A stretch of 64,000 nt of DNA from contig JAZQGO010000025.1 in assembly GCA_045540055.1 (NCBI GenBank), positions 10-64,009 of the forward strand, given 5' to 3'. The DNA comes from Acutalibacteraceae bacterium (lineage in GTDB: Bacteria; Bacillota; Clostridia; Oscillospirales; Acutalibacteraceae). The notes under the pieces are model-generated. The model made no database searches, had not been told where the DNA came from, and saw nothing but the letters and a program-made list of their open reading frames with translations. A program made the translations under genes and the position numbers. Each line of letters opens with the position of its first letter. Position 1 is the stretch's first letter. Shown in pieces: positions 27,581 to 37,438 of the stretch.

Positions 27581-28543
27581 TTATGCTATTTCTATTTTTA
27601 TATCTCCCGTATCAGTGGTGATTTCGCATCTGCCACCGGTTAATGTTTTGGGCACATCGACACTACCTGTATCGGTTTGAACTATAAACACCTTATCGGC
27701 AAGTAAAGTACCGATAACATCGCCCGTATCGGTTTTGATGAAAATCTCGGTGGCATTGGCGCCTTTAAGCTTTACATCGCCTGTACTTCTCGTAAGAGAA
27801 AACTTTTCTTTGGCAATCACATTTTCCAAATAAACATCGCCTGTATTTCCGCTTGATATAAGATTTTTGCACTTGGTATCGGTTATGTTTATCTTACCAG
27901 TGGAAACGCCTATTTTCACATCAGCCTCGCAAATAACATTAGAAACGGTCACATCACCCGTAGAAGCAGAAATATCAAGCGCACCTGCGGATATGTTTTC
28001 AACTTGAATATCGCCGGTAGTAGCCTTTATTTTAATCAAATCTGTAGCAGAGGCGAAGCATTTTACATCACCTGTGCTTAATGAAACATCAACATCTACA
28101 AACTTAAAATCTTTCGGTATTTCAATATCTGCGGTACTTTCTTTAATTAAAAGTGAAATGTATTCGGATTTCGGAAGATAAACTGTTATTTTTGGTGAAG
28201 TAAAGTTAATACCTATATAGTCATACCAAGATCTTTCATCAATCATATAGATAACAAGCGTATTTTCGTGAACGGTGACAGAATGTTTTGTTTTTTTCTC
28301 CTCATAACATTCAATTCTACATTTTCCGTCATCTGATAATGCAAAAACAATATCTGAAGTGTCAGTTTTAATAGATAGATTATTGAATTCTTCGTTTATT
28401 TCATAAGTATTCATTTCGAATTTTTTTGTGCTTAATTTACTAAAATCCCATTTAAGCATTGTCATTAGACCTCCAAAAATTACACATCCAACCAACACAA
28501 GAGAAGTCGCTATAACAAGCCATATTTTCGCTGTTTTACTCAT
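27581..28543 (-). CDS. DUF4097-type beta-helical repeat protein with an N-terminal TM anchor
   Basis: 320 aa with about ten ~20-aa repeats centred on (S/T)TGD(V/I). Last gene of the PadR module. Confidence 0.7.
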   Translation of the reverse strand: MSKTAKIWLVIATSLVLVGCVIFGGLMTMLKWDFSKLSTKKFEMNTYEINEEFNNLSIKTDTSDIVFALSDDGKCRIECYEEKKTKHSVTVHENTLVIYMIDERSWYDYIGINFTSPKITVYLPKSEYISLLIKESTADIEIPKDFKFVDVDVSLSTGDVKCFASATDLIKIKATTGDIQVENISAGALDISASTGDVTVSNVICEADVKIGVSTGKINITDTKCKNLISSGNTGDVYLENVIAKEKFSLTRSTGDVKLKGANATEIFIKTDTGDVIGTLLADKVFIVQTDTGSVDVPKTLTGGRCEITTDTGDIKIEIA

Positions 28544-29142
28544 TATGCTTCCCCCTTTTTAATAAAGCAGCTTTTAATCCATATTGCAAGTTTCTTTGTA
28601 AGTATCAAAATACCGTTTGTTGCCGCCTTGCATCCGTAGAACATATAAACAGAAAGTCCTGCACAAACGATTCCTGCGCCAATCATAGCAATTCCCGCAA
28701 GAACGTTATCGCTACAGGCAAATACAATACCTGCTACAACGCTACCAAATGCACAGCCAATGAGCGAACCGAAAACAGCCCACAAGCAAATTGTCACAGA
28801 CCACAGTATGACATAAAGCGAAAAAATTACAGCAAATGCGGCTATCAAAAGAGAAAGCCGTATTGGCAAGCCGAGTGCAAGAAGTACGACTTCCCACGCT
28901 TTTAGCCGTCTTTTTAGGGTTATCCTTTCTTTTGCGAATTTGGTAAGAGGAATGTCAGCTACTACCTGTGAAACTATTTCATCAACAGATCCAACTGCCA
29001 AAACTGCTTCCTCCTCCGAAAAACCTTCTTCCATTCCGTCCTCGATCATCTCTTCATAAAAAGTCAAACGTTCCTCTATATCTCTCGGCGGCAATCCGGA
29101 CAATCTTTTGCGCAACTGCACAAGAAATTCTTGTTTACTCAT
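28543..29142 (-). CDS. DUF1700-type membrane protein (PadR-associated)
   Basis: 199 aa. N-terminal FL..L...L..LP..D.EE.L.FYEEMI motif followed by TM helices. Confidence 0.7.
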   Translation of the reverse strand: MSKQEFLVQLRKRLSGLPPRDIEERLTFYEEMIEDGMEEGFSEEEAVLAVGSVDEIVSQVVADIPLTKFAKERITLKRRLKAWEVVLLALGLPIRLSLLIAAFAVIFSLYVILWSVTICLWAVFGSLIGCAFGSVVAGIVFACSDNVLAGIAMIGAGIVCAGLSVYMFYGCKAATNGILILTKKLAIWIKSCFIKKGEA

Positions 29143-29146
29143 GTGC

Positions 29147-29455
29147 CTAATCCTCCTTAGTTACAAATTGATATATAGATAAGATTTCCTTCCACTCGTC
29201 CTTGAAATCTAAAATGCGTTTGAGTCCCTCATCAGTAATGTGATAATACTTTCGCAGTCTGCCACCGTGTTCGACCGTGCGAACGGTCAACATATTAGCT
29301 GATTCCAGGCGCTTCAAAATGGTATATAAGGTTGATTCAGAAAGCTTAATATACGGCTTCATATCCTTAATAATCTTATAGCCATATGAATCTTCGCTCT
29401 TAATTGCTGCTAATACGCAGACATCCAAGAGACCTCGTTTTAACTGAACGTCCAT
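29147..29455 (-). CDS. PadR family transcriptional regulator
   Basis: 102 aa winged-helix protein with LLDVCVLAAI...SYGY.I, TLYTILKRLE. Confidence 0.85.
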   Translation of the reverse strand: MDVQLKRGLLDVCVLAAIKSEDSYGYKIIKDMKPYIKLSESTLYTILKRLESANMLTVRTVEHGGRLRKYYHITDEGLKRILDFKDEWKEILSIYQFVTKED

Positions 29456-29616
29456 ACTATACCTCCTCTTGTATAATACATCATATCACGAAGTATTGTT
29501 TTCGTCAATGGGTTGTGTAAAAATATAAATTAGACCAACAATTATAGAACTAGCAGCCACTTGTTCAAGAGGCCTATATAAAAAAATAAACCGCAACCAA
29601 ATAATTGATTGCGGTT

Positions 29617-29694
29617 TGGTCCGAGTGACTAGAGTCGAACTAGCGGCCTCTTGAACCCCATTCAAGCGCTCATACCAAACTGAGCTACACCCGG
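29617..29694 (-). tRNA. tRNA-Pro (GGG), CCA encoded
   Basis: Reverse complement reads CCGGGTG TA GCTC AGTTTGGTAT GAGC G CTTGA ATGGGGT TCAAG AGGCC GCTAG TTCGACT CTAGT CACTCGG A CCA. A hairpin terminator (29591-29616) follows. Confidence 0.85.
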
Positions 29695-29758
29695 AAAGCA
29701 AAATCTATAATACCACTAATTTATCAAAAAATCAAGTGCTAAATTTCACTTTTATAAA

Positions 29759-30943
29759 TTACTTTTTAATTACCTCTAAAAGTTCTGCAACCTTATCGGT
29801 CTTTTCCCAAGGTAAATCAAGGTCGGTTCTGCCCATATGACCGTAAGCGGCAGTATCAAAATAAATCGGGCGGCGAAGGTCAAGCTTTTCTATAATTGCA
29901 GCGGGACGCAGGTCAAATACCCTTTGAACAGCCATAGCAATTTTTGAATCTGACACCTTGCCTGTGCCGAATGTATCGACCATTACAGATACAGGCTTTG
30001 CAACACCGATAGCATAAGCCAACTGAATTTCACATTTTTTGGCAATACCTGCCGCTACAACGTTTTTAGCAACATAGCGTGCGGCATATGCGGCACTTCT
30101 ATCTACCTTTGTCGGATCCTTACCCGAAAAGGCGCCGCCACCATGTCTTGCGGCACCACCATAGGTGTCAACAATTATTTTACGACCCGTAAGACCTGTA
30201 TCACCGTGAGGACCGCCTATAACGAAACGGCCTGTCGGGTTAATGTAATATTTTGTAGAATCGTCTATAAGGTTTTGCGGAATAATCGGCTTAATAACAT
30301 ATTTGAGAATATCCTCACGTAAGGTTTCGAGTGAAATATCGGCGCTATGCTGACTTGAAACAACCACAGAGTCAACACGGATTGGCGCACCGTTTACATA
30401 TTCAACCGTAACCTGAGTTTTACCGTCGGGACGCAGATATGTAAGTGTACCGTCTTTTCTTACATCGGTAAGTCTTTTAGCCATCTTATGAGCAAGCGAG
30501 ATGGTCAAAGGCATTAACTCCTCGGTTTCGTTGCAGGCGAAGCCGAACATCATACCCTGATCGCCTGCACCATGAAGATTATATTCATCCTCTTCACCGC
30601 TTTTAAGCTCTAATGACCTATCGACGCCCATCGCAATATCACTTGACTGTTTATCAAGCGTTATATTGACTTTACAGGTGTTACCGTTAAAACCGATATC
30701 ATCGCTGTCATAACCAATACCGCAAATCACCTTACGGATAATCTCCTCAAAATCCACCTGTGCCGTTGTTGTTATTTCACCCATCACATTTATAATGTCG
30801 GTGCTGGCAAAGCTCTCACACGCAACACGGGCGTTTTTATCCTGCGCAATAATTGCGTCAAGCACCGCATCAGAAACGCAGTCGCAAACCTTGTCGGGAT
30901 GTCCCTCGGTTACCGACTCAGAAGTAAATAAAAACCTATTCAT
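29759..30943 (-). CDS. metK: S-adenosylmethionine synthase
   Basis: Start at [18 protein letters not shown], with GGAGGT 7 nt upstream. The first 19 codons of the track ORF overlap the riboswitch terminator. GAGDQG and GGGAFSGKD motifs present. Confidence 0.95.
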   Translation of the reverse strand: MNRFLFTSESVTEGHPDKVCDCVSDAVLDAIIAQDKNARVACESFASTDIINVMGEITTTAQVDFEEIIRKVICGIGYDSDDIGFNGNTCKVNITLDKQSSDIAMGVDRSLELKSGEEDEYNLHGAGDQGMMFGFACNETEELMPLTISLAHKMAKRLTDVRKDGTLTYLRPDGKTQVTVEYVNGAPIRVDSVVVSSQHSADISLETLREDILKYVIKPIIPQNLIDDSTKYYINPTGRFVIGGPHGDTGLTGRKIIVDTYGGAARHGGGAFSGKDPTKVDRSAAYAARYVAKNVVAAGIAKKCEIQLAYAIGVAKPVSVMVDTFGTGKVSDSKIAMAVQRVFDLRPAAIIEKLDLRRPIYFDTAAYGHMGRTDLDLPWEKTDKVAELLEVIKK

Positions 30944-30954
30944 ATAAGCTACCT

Positions 30955-31092
30955 CCAAAATAAAAACCGCTCCGAAAAGAAGCAGCATTAAAAACCTCAT
31001 CTTTCGGATATTTCCGCAGGATTTGGCACCTTAAAGAAACCTTTAGGTTGCCGGGCTTCACAGGGCCTGTCCCTCTGCCACTCTTGATAAGG
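30955..31092 (-). ncRNA. SAM-I (S-box) riboswitch with terminator
   Basis: Minus strand reads TTATCAAGAGTGGCAGAGGGACAGGCCCTGTGAAGCCCGGCAACC...GGTGCCAAATCCTGCGG...GAAAGATGAGG. A stem plus TTTTTATTTT follows, directly upstream of metK. Confidence 0.9.
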
Positions 31093-31160
31093 AAAATATT
31101 TAATTGAAATATATTGCTTTATGATTATATGATATTCGACACAAATTGTCAAGAAATAAT

Positions 31161-31745
31161 TTAATTTCTCTTAAGAATTGGTGATATTTTTTTATAGATA
31201 AGGAAACAAATTATTGAGTCAATAATTCCCTTTGCTGCGGTAAAAGGTAAATTGAAAATGATTAACGCTTCAAACATACCATTAACCGATGGTAGAATTG
31301 TTTGATAAAATGACAAAATTACATCTTTAGGCATCAACAAAACATAATAAATGGGGTATACGATAAAAAAGTTTATCAGCACACACGCCACACCCATTGA
31401 AACGGAGCCTGAAATTGACGCAATAAGTGCACCCTTACGACTTTTATTATATTTATAAATAATTCCTGCAACTGCTACAAAAACTGCACCCATAAGAAAA
31501 TTCGCCAATTCTCCTACCCCTGCGGTATTCGTAAAGAAAAGATGAATTGCATTTTTAATAAAACAAACCAATACGCCGAAAACTGGACCGTATGCAAACG
31601 ATGCAATAAGTGCGGGCAACTCCGAAAAATCGAATTTTATAAATGCAGGCATAAATGGCAACGAAAATTCGAGCATCATAAGTACAAAGCCTAACGCCCC
31701 AAGCAATGATGAAACCGTAATAGCCCTTAAATTTACTTTTTTCAT
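31161..31745 (-). CDS. ribU: ECF-transporter S component, riboflavin type (RibU-like)
   Basis: Start at MKKVNLRAITV. About 5-6 TM with the FDFSELPALIA motif. Preceded by an FMN riboswitch. Confidence 0.75.
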   Translation of the reverse strand: MKKVNLRAITVSSLLGALGFVLMMLEFSLPFMPAFIKFDFSELPALIASFAYGPVFGVLVCFIKNAIHLFFTNTAGVGELANFLMGAVFVAVAGIIYKYNKSRKGALIASISGSVSMGVACVLINFFIVYPIYYVLLMPKDVILSFYQTILPSVNGMFEALIIFNLPFTAAKGIIDSIICFLIYKKISPILKRN

Positions 31746-31759
31746 AATATCACTCCAAA

Positions 31760-31912
31760 AAATAAACCCCGATAATAATATCGGGGTAAAAATTACTATT
31801 ATATATAATCTTCTTGCATCCGGACTATACCGTCGGCTTTGGAATTTCACCAAATCAACCAAAAAGGCTCGCGGGCTATACCGCCGGTGGAGAATTTCAC
31901 TCCGCCCCGAAG
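31760..31912 (-). ncRNA. FMN (RFN) riboswitch plus terminator
   Basis: Minus strand reads CTTCGGGGCGGAGTGAAATTCTCCACCGGCGGTATAGCCCGCGAGC...GGTGAAATTCCAAAGCCGACGGTATAGTCCGGATGCAAGAAG. The hairpin ccccgatattattatcgggg plus a T-run follows. Confidence 0.9.
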
Positions 31913-31915
31913 ATA

Positions 31916-32233
31916 TTAAATTGTATAACCTGATGGATGAGGTATTGATAGTACACCAAAATGGAATAATAAAATAATAATTGCTACCTGCACAATTATT
32001 ATTACGGGTAGGCCTATCATAAACCTCTTATGCCTTGTTTTATGGTGCACCGACAACATTGTTATGTACATAAGCGATGAACCACCCATAATGGCAATAA
32101 AGAAAAGTAATCTTTCTTGCACACGCCAACGGTGCCTACGTGAAGCCTTTTTATCGGCGAGCGTTAGTGCCATTGCTATTATATTAACTGCGACTAAATA
32201 AAAGAATATATATTTAATCAAAACAATCACCAA
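31916..32233 (-). CDS. DUF1294 family membrane protein
   Basis: 105 aa; DKK.SRRH.WRV.E..L...A..GGS and HHKT.H..F motifs. Confidence 0.65.
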   Translation of the reverse strand: MVIVLIKYIFFYLVAVNIIAMALTLADKKASRRHRWRVQERLLFFIAIMGGSSLMYITMLSVHHKTRHKRFMIGLPVIIIVQVAIIILLFHFGVLSIPHPSGYTI

Positions 32234-32322
32234 GCAATATTATACAACAATAATATCTAATTTGCAAGGGTGATTATTGCACCGATTTTCCACCACCGAC
32301 AAAGATATAATACATTTATTTT

Positions 32323-32592
32323 TTAATAAAAAATTACGTTTAACGGATCGGTCATTGTAAATTTTGTATTGGTAAGTATTAATTCACCGTCATTAATTTT
32401 CAAAACTGTTACGTCTTTTGATTGCTGATTTGTTGAGAATAAATAATCGCCGTTTATATTTATATCTCTTGGTCCTTCGCCGCCACAATCGAAATATTTA
32501 GGCTCTAAAAGCCGCTCGCCCTCGGTAATGTAGTGATAAATGCCGCTTTGCTTACCGCAGGATGCAATATAAATATGCTTATACTCAAACAT
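32323..32592 (-). pseudogene. Lactonase (7-bladed beta-propeller, Pgl-like) remnant with an internal deletion
   Basis: 89 aa. An N-terminal-like segment IYIASCGKQSGIYHY is joined to a C-terminal-like blade GGEGPRDININGDYLFSTNQQSKDVTVLKINDGEL. Intact members are about 330-350 aa. Confidence 0.45.
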
Positions 32593-32603
32593 ACAAAAAC
32601 TCC

Positions 32604-33542
32604 TTAATTAAAGGTTGCCACTTCCTGCTCGGGCGCAGAGGTTAAAACCGCAGTGGTTATGTTTAGAACAGGGCCTTTACGTCCATAAACCTTATGATTC
32701 TCAATAGAAATTTTAGCAGTTACAACCACCCATTTTCTATCGGGCAAAACCGCCGTATTATCATAGTTACATACAAGACCCGCAAACTGAATATCATCCG
32801 CACAGCAGGTCATAACCGGTCTACCGATAACAAAAGCCTTATCCGGCAGTGAACGATGCTTGGCAATCATACCCTTAAATTTAACGGTTTTGCCGTCATA
32901 TTTGTCGAGTTCCTCACTCATATCGCGGTACCAAACGGCATAATCTCTATCGTCAATTTCGATTGTCTCGGCATTGATATCAAAGGGTAATGGGTCGGGT
33001 ATATTATCAAATTCAACGTCACCATTCACCTTTTCGTAGGCAATATTGGCATTACGGCTGATGCCACGCACGATTTTGTGAAGCTCCATCTTATCGATAG
33101 AATCATCATATCGGTTAAATATTACCATCTCACAGGTGTTTAGCTTATCAACAACCAGTGAACGCATATTTGAGTTATACATAACAAAGGTTGAGGCATC
33201 GGCAAACATAAATTCCTGTGCAATTATCCACTTTTTAGGCATTGCATTAAATAATTCCACGAGCTGCCACATTCCGTTATACTCAACAATTACACGCTCG
33301 GCTTTGCACTGCCTGCGAAGTTTTTCAAGGTTTGCTTCGGTGAGGTCATCCTTTTCGATATTCTCAATAAAAACATTTGCACCTGAAAATCTATCGGCAA
33401 TGTATTTCTCCTCACCTTCTTCACACAAAAGAAGTAAGGTCTTTTCACCGTTATTGAAACGCTTGTCCTCAAGGGTTTCCTGAATAAATTTTGTTTTACC
33501 GCCATCTAAAAAGCCTGTAAAAAGATAAACAGGTATATCCAT
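32604..33542 (-). CDS. CobW/G3E-like protein with a degenerate P-loop and a C-terminal MTCCADD domain
   Basis: 312 aa. N-terminus IPVYLFTGFLDGGKTKFI compares with canonical GFLGAGKTTL. C-terminus GKTVKFKGMI...FVIGRPVMTCCADDIQFAGLVC resembles DUF1980/TIGR03943-type domains as I recall them. Confidence 0.55.
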   Translation of the reverse strand: MDIPVYLFTGFLDGGKTKFIQETLEDKRFNNGEKTLLLLCEEGEEKYIADRFSGANVFIENIEKDDLTEANLEKLRRQCKAERVIVEYNGMWQLVELFNAMPKKWIIAQEFMFADASTFVMYNSNMRSLVVDKLNTCEMVIFNRYDDSIDKMELHKIVRGISRNANIAYEKVNGDVEFDNIPDPLPFDINAETIEIDDRDYAVWYRDMSEELDKYDGKTVKFKGMIAKHRSLPDKAFVIGRPVMTCCADDIQFAGLVCNYDNTAVLPDRKWVVVTAKISIENHKVYGRKGPVLNITTAVLTSAPEQEVATFN

Positions 33543-33551
33543 TTATTTCAC

Positions 33552-34628
33552 CTAAATTCTAAATAATTGTGCTAAATTTTCTTCATTTAAATTAGAGCCT
33601 ATTACACAAATGCGTCCGATAACCTCAGGCGAGGAATTACGAATTTCCTTTTCACCCGGTACAAAGTCGTATTGAATCCAACCCTCGTCAGAGGTTTCAA
33701 TAATGCCCTTTGCACGCAAAACCGTACCGTATTTATCTGAATCATCTAAACTATCTAGTATATCACTAATTTGAGCGAGGGTATATTTATTAGCCGTTTC
33801 TTTGCCCCAGCTTGTAAATACGTCATCAGCGTGATGATGGTGATGATGCTCGTGTTCATGATGCTCATGACAACCGCAGTCACAATGTTCATCATCATGA
33901 TGATGGTGGTGATGCTCGTGACAGTCACAGTGTTCATCGTGATGATGATGTTCTTCACATTCGTGGCAATGGCATTCTTCGCCGTGAGCATGATGATGCT
34001 CGTGCTTTAGATGCTCAAGCTCGCTCTCAATAGTGTTTTTATGCTCCATAGTGTGCAGAATTTTTTTGCCGTCAAGCTGCTCCCAATCGGTTGTAATAAT
34101 CGTCGCTGTTTCATTATGCTCTTTTAAAAGTTCAACCGCTTTATTAAGCTTATCCTCATCAATATTTGCGGTACGGCTTAAAACGATTGAATTTGCGTTT
34201 TCCACCTGATTATTAAAGAATTCACCGAAGTTTTTCATATAAACCTTGCACTTTGTGGCATCAACAACCGTTGTAAAGCTGTTAAGTAAAACGCCGTCGA
34301 TTTTTAAATCCTTAACCGCCTTAATAACGTCACTTAATTTACCGACACCCGAAGGCTCAATAATAATTCTGTCGGGACAATACTCGTCCATTACCTTTTT
34401 AAGCGCGGTGCCGAAGTCGCCTACAAGACTGCAGCAAATACAGCCCGAATTCATCTCGGTAATATTTATGCCTGCCTCTTTTAAAAACGAGCCGTCAATA
34501 CCAATTTCACCGAATTCATTTTCAATGAGCACAAGCTTTTCGCCCTCAAATGCTTCTTTAATAAGCTTTTTAATAAGTGTGGTTTTACCTGCACCCAAAA
34601 ATCCCGAAATTATATCAATTTTAGTCAT
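33552..34628 (-). CDS. COG0523 (CobW/YjiA/ZigA-like) G3E GTPase metallochaperone with a long His/Cys-rich insert
   Basis: 358 aa with GFLGAGKTTLI Walker A and the GCICCS metal motif. Has an approximately 60-residue tract HEHHHAHGEECHCHECEEHHHHDEHCDCHEHHHHHHDDEHCDCGCHEHHEHEHHHHHH. Confidence 0.85.
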   Translation of the reverse strand: MTKIDIISGFLGAGKTTLIKKLIKEAFEGEKLVLIENEFGEIGIDGSFLKEAGINITEMNSGCICCSLVGDFGTALKKVMDEYCPDRIIIEPSGVGKLSDVIKAVKDLKIDGVLLNSFTTVVDATKCKVYMKNFGEFFNNQVENANSIVLSRTANIDEDKLNKAVELLKEHNETATIITTDWEQLDGKKILHTMEHKNTIESELEHLKHEHHHAHGEECHCHECEEHHHHDEHCDCHEHHHHHHDDEHCDCGCHEHHEHEHHHHHHADDVFTSWGKETANKYTLAQISDILDSLDDSDKYGTVLRAKGIIETSDEGWIQYDFVPGEKEIRNSSPEVIGRICVIGSNLNEENLAQLFRI

Positions 34629-34652
34629 AATGATGCTCCTTTGCTTTTATCA

Positions 34653-34664
34653 ATATAATTATAT
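34653..34664. promoter_or_regulatory. Perfect 12-bp AT palindrome overlapping the -10 of the COG0523 promoter (candidate Fur-family/Zur operator)
   Basis: ATATAATTATAT lies within minus-strand TTGCAA - 16 nt - TATAAT, about 25 nt upstream of the COG0523 start. Confidence 0.4.
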
Positions 34665-34720
34665 CGCAAAAAAATATTTTTGCAACACAAAAGGATGCGA
34701 TAAAATCGCATCCTTTAAAT

Positions 34721-35140
34721 TTATTCTGCCGCCTTTGTTTCACAATAAAGGCAACGGTATACCCTGTTTTCACGGTCGGTGAGGGTGAAAATATTAGGTA
34801 ATTCTTGCTCAGTTGTGCAAATGCAACGCGGATTTTTGCAAAATACCACGTCGGTAAGCCTTTCGGGCAATTCAATACTCTTTTTCTCAACAATCACACC
34901 GTCTTTAATAACGTTAATCGTAGCATCGGGGTCAATGTAACCTAAAACGTCGGTATCGATATCTAAATCATAGTCAACCTTAATGATATCCTTTTTACCC
35001 ATCTTTTTACTGATTACATTGCGAATTAACGCAACCGAACATTCTAATTTATCTAGCCCTAAAAGGTGATAAATCTTCATAGCCTTACCTGCGGTAATAT
35101 GGTCGATAACAATACCGTTTTTTATAGAATCTATGTTCAT
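34721..35140 (-). CDS. pyrI: Aspartate carbamoyltransferase regulatory subunit
   Basis: 139 aa; IKNGIVIDHI and the C-terminal Zn motif CKNPRCI...YRCLYC. Confidence 0.9.
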   Translation of the reverse strand: MNIDSIKNGIVIDHITAGKAMKIYHLLGLDKLECSVALIRNVISKKMGKKDIIKVDYDLDIDTDVLGYIDPDATINVIKDGVIVEKKSIELPERLTDVVFCKNPRCICTTEQELPNIFTLTDRENRVYRCLYCETKAAE

Positions 35141-36054
35141 TATTCCACCTCCAAGAGTTTAAGCATTAGCGCCATTCTTATAAACTTACCGTAAAGCACC
35201 TGCTTGAAGTAGCAGGCTCTCGGGTCGTTATCAATATCAACACTGATTTCGTTAACCCTCGGCAGCGGATGCATAACAGTAAGGTCGCTTTTTGCAGTAG
35301 CTAACTTATCCATAGTCAGAATATAGCTGTCTTTCAGTCGCAGATAATCCTCTTCATTGAAAAATCTTTCGCGCTGAACACGTGTCATATAAAGAATATC
35401 AAGTTCTGGCATATATTCCTCAAGCGAGGTTGTCTGAACGTATTCGATATTATTCTTTTGCAGAACGTCCTTTTTAACGTAGCTCGGTAGCTTGAGTTCT
35501 TCGGGTGAAATGAGTACAAACTTAATACCGCTATATCTCGACAGCGCAGTTATAAGCGAATGTACAGTTCTGCCGAATTTAAGGTCACCGCAAAGACCAA
35601 CTGTCAGGTTATTAAATCTACCCTTTTCGCGATTTATGGTAAGTAAATCGGTAAGCGTCTGTGTAGGATGATTATGACCGCCGTCGCCTGCATTTATTAC
35701 GGGTATGGTGGAATTCATAGCGGCTACGAGCGGTGCGCCCTCTTTAGGATGGCGCATTGCTATAATATCGGCATAGCAAGAAATTGTTTTTGCGGTGTCG
35801 GCAACACTCTCACCCTTTGCTGCAGAAGAATTTTGTGCTGCCGAAAAGCCTATTACGTTGCCACCGAGCTCATACATTGCCGACTCAAAGCTAAGTCGAG
35901 TACGGGTTGAGGGTTCAAAGAAAAGTGTAGCAAGCTTTTTGCCGCGGCACTTCTCACTATACTTTGCGGGATTTGCAATAATATCATTGGCAACCGCAAT
36001 TAACTCCTCAACTTCTTCGGTAGTTAAATCGAGAATATTTATTAAGTTTCTCAT
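35140..36054 (-). CDS. pyrB: Aspartate carbamoyltransferase catalytic subunit
   Basis: 304 aa with [18 protein letters not shown] motifs. Confidence 0.95.
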   Translation of the reverse strand: MRNLINILDLTTEEVEELIAVANDIIANPAKYSEKCRGKKLATLFFEPSTRTRLSFESAMYELGGNVIGFSAAQNSSAAKGESVADTAKTISCYADIIAMRHPKEGAPLVAAMNSTIPVINAGDGGHNHPTQTLTDLLTINREKGRFNNLTVGLCGDLKFGRTVHSLITALSRYSGIKFVLISPEELKLPSYVKKDVLQKNNIEYVQTTSLEEYMPELDILYMTRVQRERFFNEEDYLRLKDSYILTMDKLATAKSDLTVMHPLPRVNEISVDIDNDPRACYFKQVLYGKFIRMALMLKLLEVE

Positions 36055-36074
36055 TTAAAACTTCCTTTCAAGAT

Positions 36075-36728
36075 TTATGCTTTTGCGCCGTTAACCTCTA
36101 AATACTTCTTGATGAGCTCAACGTTTTCGCGATTTTTTTCGTCCTCCTCAAGATATTCGATAATGTCGTATACGTCAACTACCGAATATACAGGGAAGCC
36201 GAATTCCTCGCCGACCTCTGCCATAGCGCTCTTGTCGGTTTTGCCCTTTTCTTTACGGTCAACCATTACAAATGTTGCGGCAACCTTGGCACCGAGTCCC
36301 GATAAAATTTCCATACTCTCTCTAATAGCGGTGCCGGCGGTAATAACGTCTTCAACAATTACGATTTCTTCACTCTCGGTCGGCTTGTAGCCTACAAAAA
36401 CGCCTCCTTCACCGTGGTCCTTCTCCTCTTTTCTGTTAAAGAAGAAAGGAACGTCCAGTCCGTTTTTAGCAAGTGCAACTGCTACAGACACCGCAATCGG
36501 AATACCCTTATATGCAGGTCCGTAGAGAACGGTCTTTTTATCGCCTATTTTTTCGAAATATGCCTTGGCATAAAACTCACCGAGTTTGCAAATTTGCTCA
36601 CCTGTTTTAATATCGCCTGCGTTTATAAAATACGGTATTTTTCTGCCGCTTTTGGCGGTGAAATCACCAAACTTTAAAACGCCTGCACCCTCTAAAAACT
36701 GTATAAATTCTCTTTTATAGCCTTCCAT
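36075..36728 (-). CDS. pyrE: Orotate phosphoribosyltransferase
   Basis: 217 aa with the PRTase motif VIVEDVITAGTA. Confidence 0.9.
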   Translation of the reverse strand: MEGYKREFIQFLEGAGVLKFGDFTAKSGRKIPYFINAGDIKTGEQICKLGEFYAKAYFEKIGDKKTVLYGPAYKGIPIAVSVAVALAKNGLDVPFFFNRKEEKDHGEGGVFVGYKPTESEEIVIVEDVITAGTAIRESMEILSGLGAKVAATFVMVDRKEKGKTDKSAMAEVGEEFGFPVYSVVDVYDIIEYLEEDEKNRENVELIKKYLEVNGAKA

Positions 36729-36739
36729 TTTACTTCTCC

Positions 36740-37438
36740 TTAATCAACAAATTCGTTAACACAACGCTTGTATGCTGCGACGGGGTCCTCGGCGGCGGTA
36801 ATGGGTCTGCCGACAACGATATAGTCAGAGCCGACTTTCTTAGCCTCAGCGGGTGTCATAACTCTTTTTTGGTCGCCAACGTCACCGTCGGCAAAGCGTA
36901 CACCGGGGGTTACTGTTAAGAAGTTTTTACCCCATGTATCGTGTACCTTGCCGGCTTCAAGCGGAGAGCAAACAACACCATCAAGACCTGCGATTTTTGC
37001 ATTATTAGCATAGTGCATAACAACCTTGTCGATAGGCTCTTTGATTAAAAGGTCGTTTTCCATTCTCTCTTGGTCGGTAGAGGTAAGTTGGGTTACTGCA
37101 ATAAGTAACGGTCTTGTGCCGTCGGGACGAGTTAAGCCCTCCAAAGCGCCCTGCATCATAGTAATAGTGCCTGCCGCATGTAGATTGGTCATATCAACGT
37201 CAAGATGCGACAGTACCGCCATAGATTTTTTAACAGTGTTGGGGATATCATGAAGTTTTAAATCAAGGAATATTTTATGTCCTCTTGCCTTAATTTCCCT
37301 TACGATTTCGGGACCTTCTGCATAGAAAAGCTCCATGCCGATTTTTACAAAGGGTTTTACATCGGTAAACCTATCTAAAAACTTCAAAGTTGCTTCCTTG
37401 CTTGCAAAATCGCAAGCGATAATTACATCCTTACCCAT
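36740..37438 (-). CDS. pyrF: Orotidine 5'-phosphate decarboxylase
   Basis: 232 aa with [18 protein letters not shown]. Confidence 0.9.
   Translation of the reverse strand: MGKDVIIACDFASKEATLKFLDRFTDVKPFVKIGMELFYAEGPEIVREIKARGHKIFLDLKLHDIPNTVKKSMAVLSHLDVDMTNLHAAGTITMMQGALEGLTRPDGTRPLLIAVTQLTSTDQERMENDLLIKEPIDKVVMHYANNAKIAGLDGVVCSPLEAGKVHDTWGKNFLTVTPGVRFADGDVGDQKRVMTPAEAKKVGSDYIVVGRPITAAEDPVAAYKRCVNEFVD

Noticed and set aside
27600-28200. Periodic ~60-bp DNA repeats (…cctgtatc/acatcgcc…), possibly a CRISPR-like or satellite array
   Set aside because: The periodicity is in-frame and encodes the (S/T)TGD(V/I) beta-strand repeats of the DUF4097 protein. There are no unique spacers.
29486-29701. 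71-aa minus-strand ORF
   Set aside because: It completely overlaps tRNA-Pro and its terminator, so it is not coding.
33755-34010. Highly repetitive cat/gtg/atg-rich DNA with ORFs on both strands (78 aa and 79 aa), at first sight a tandem-repeat array
   Set aside because: It is the coding sequence of the His/Cys/Asp-rich tract of the COG0523 protein. The other-frame and antisense ORFs are shadows of the codon repetition. There is no spacer/repeat organisation.
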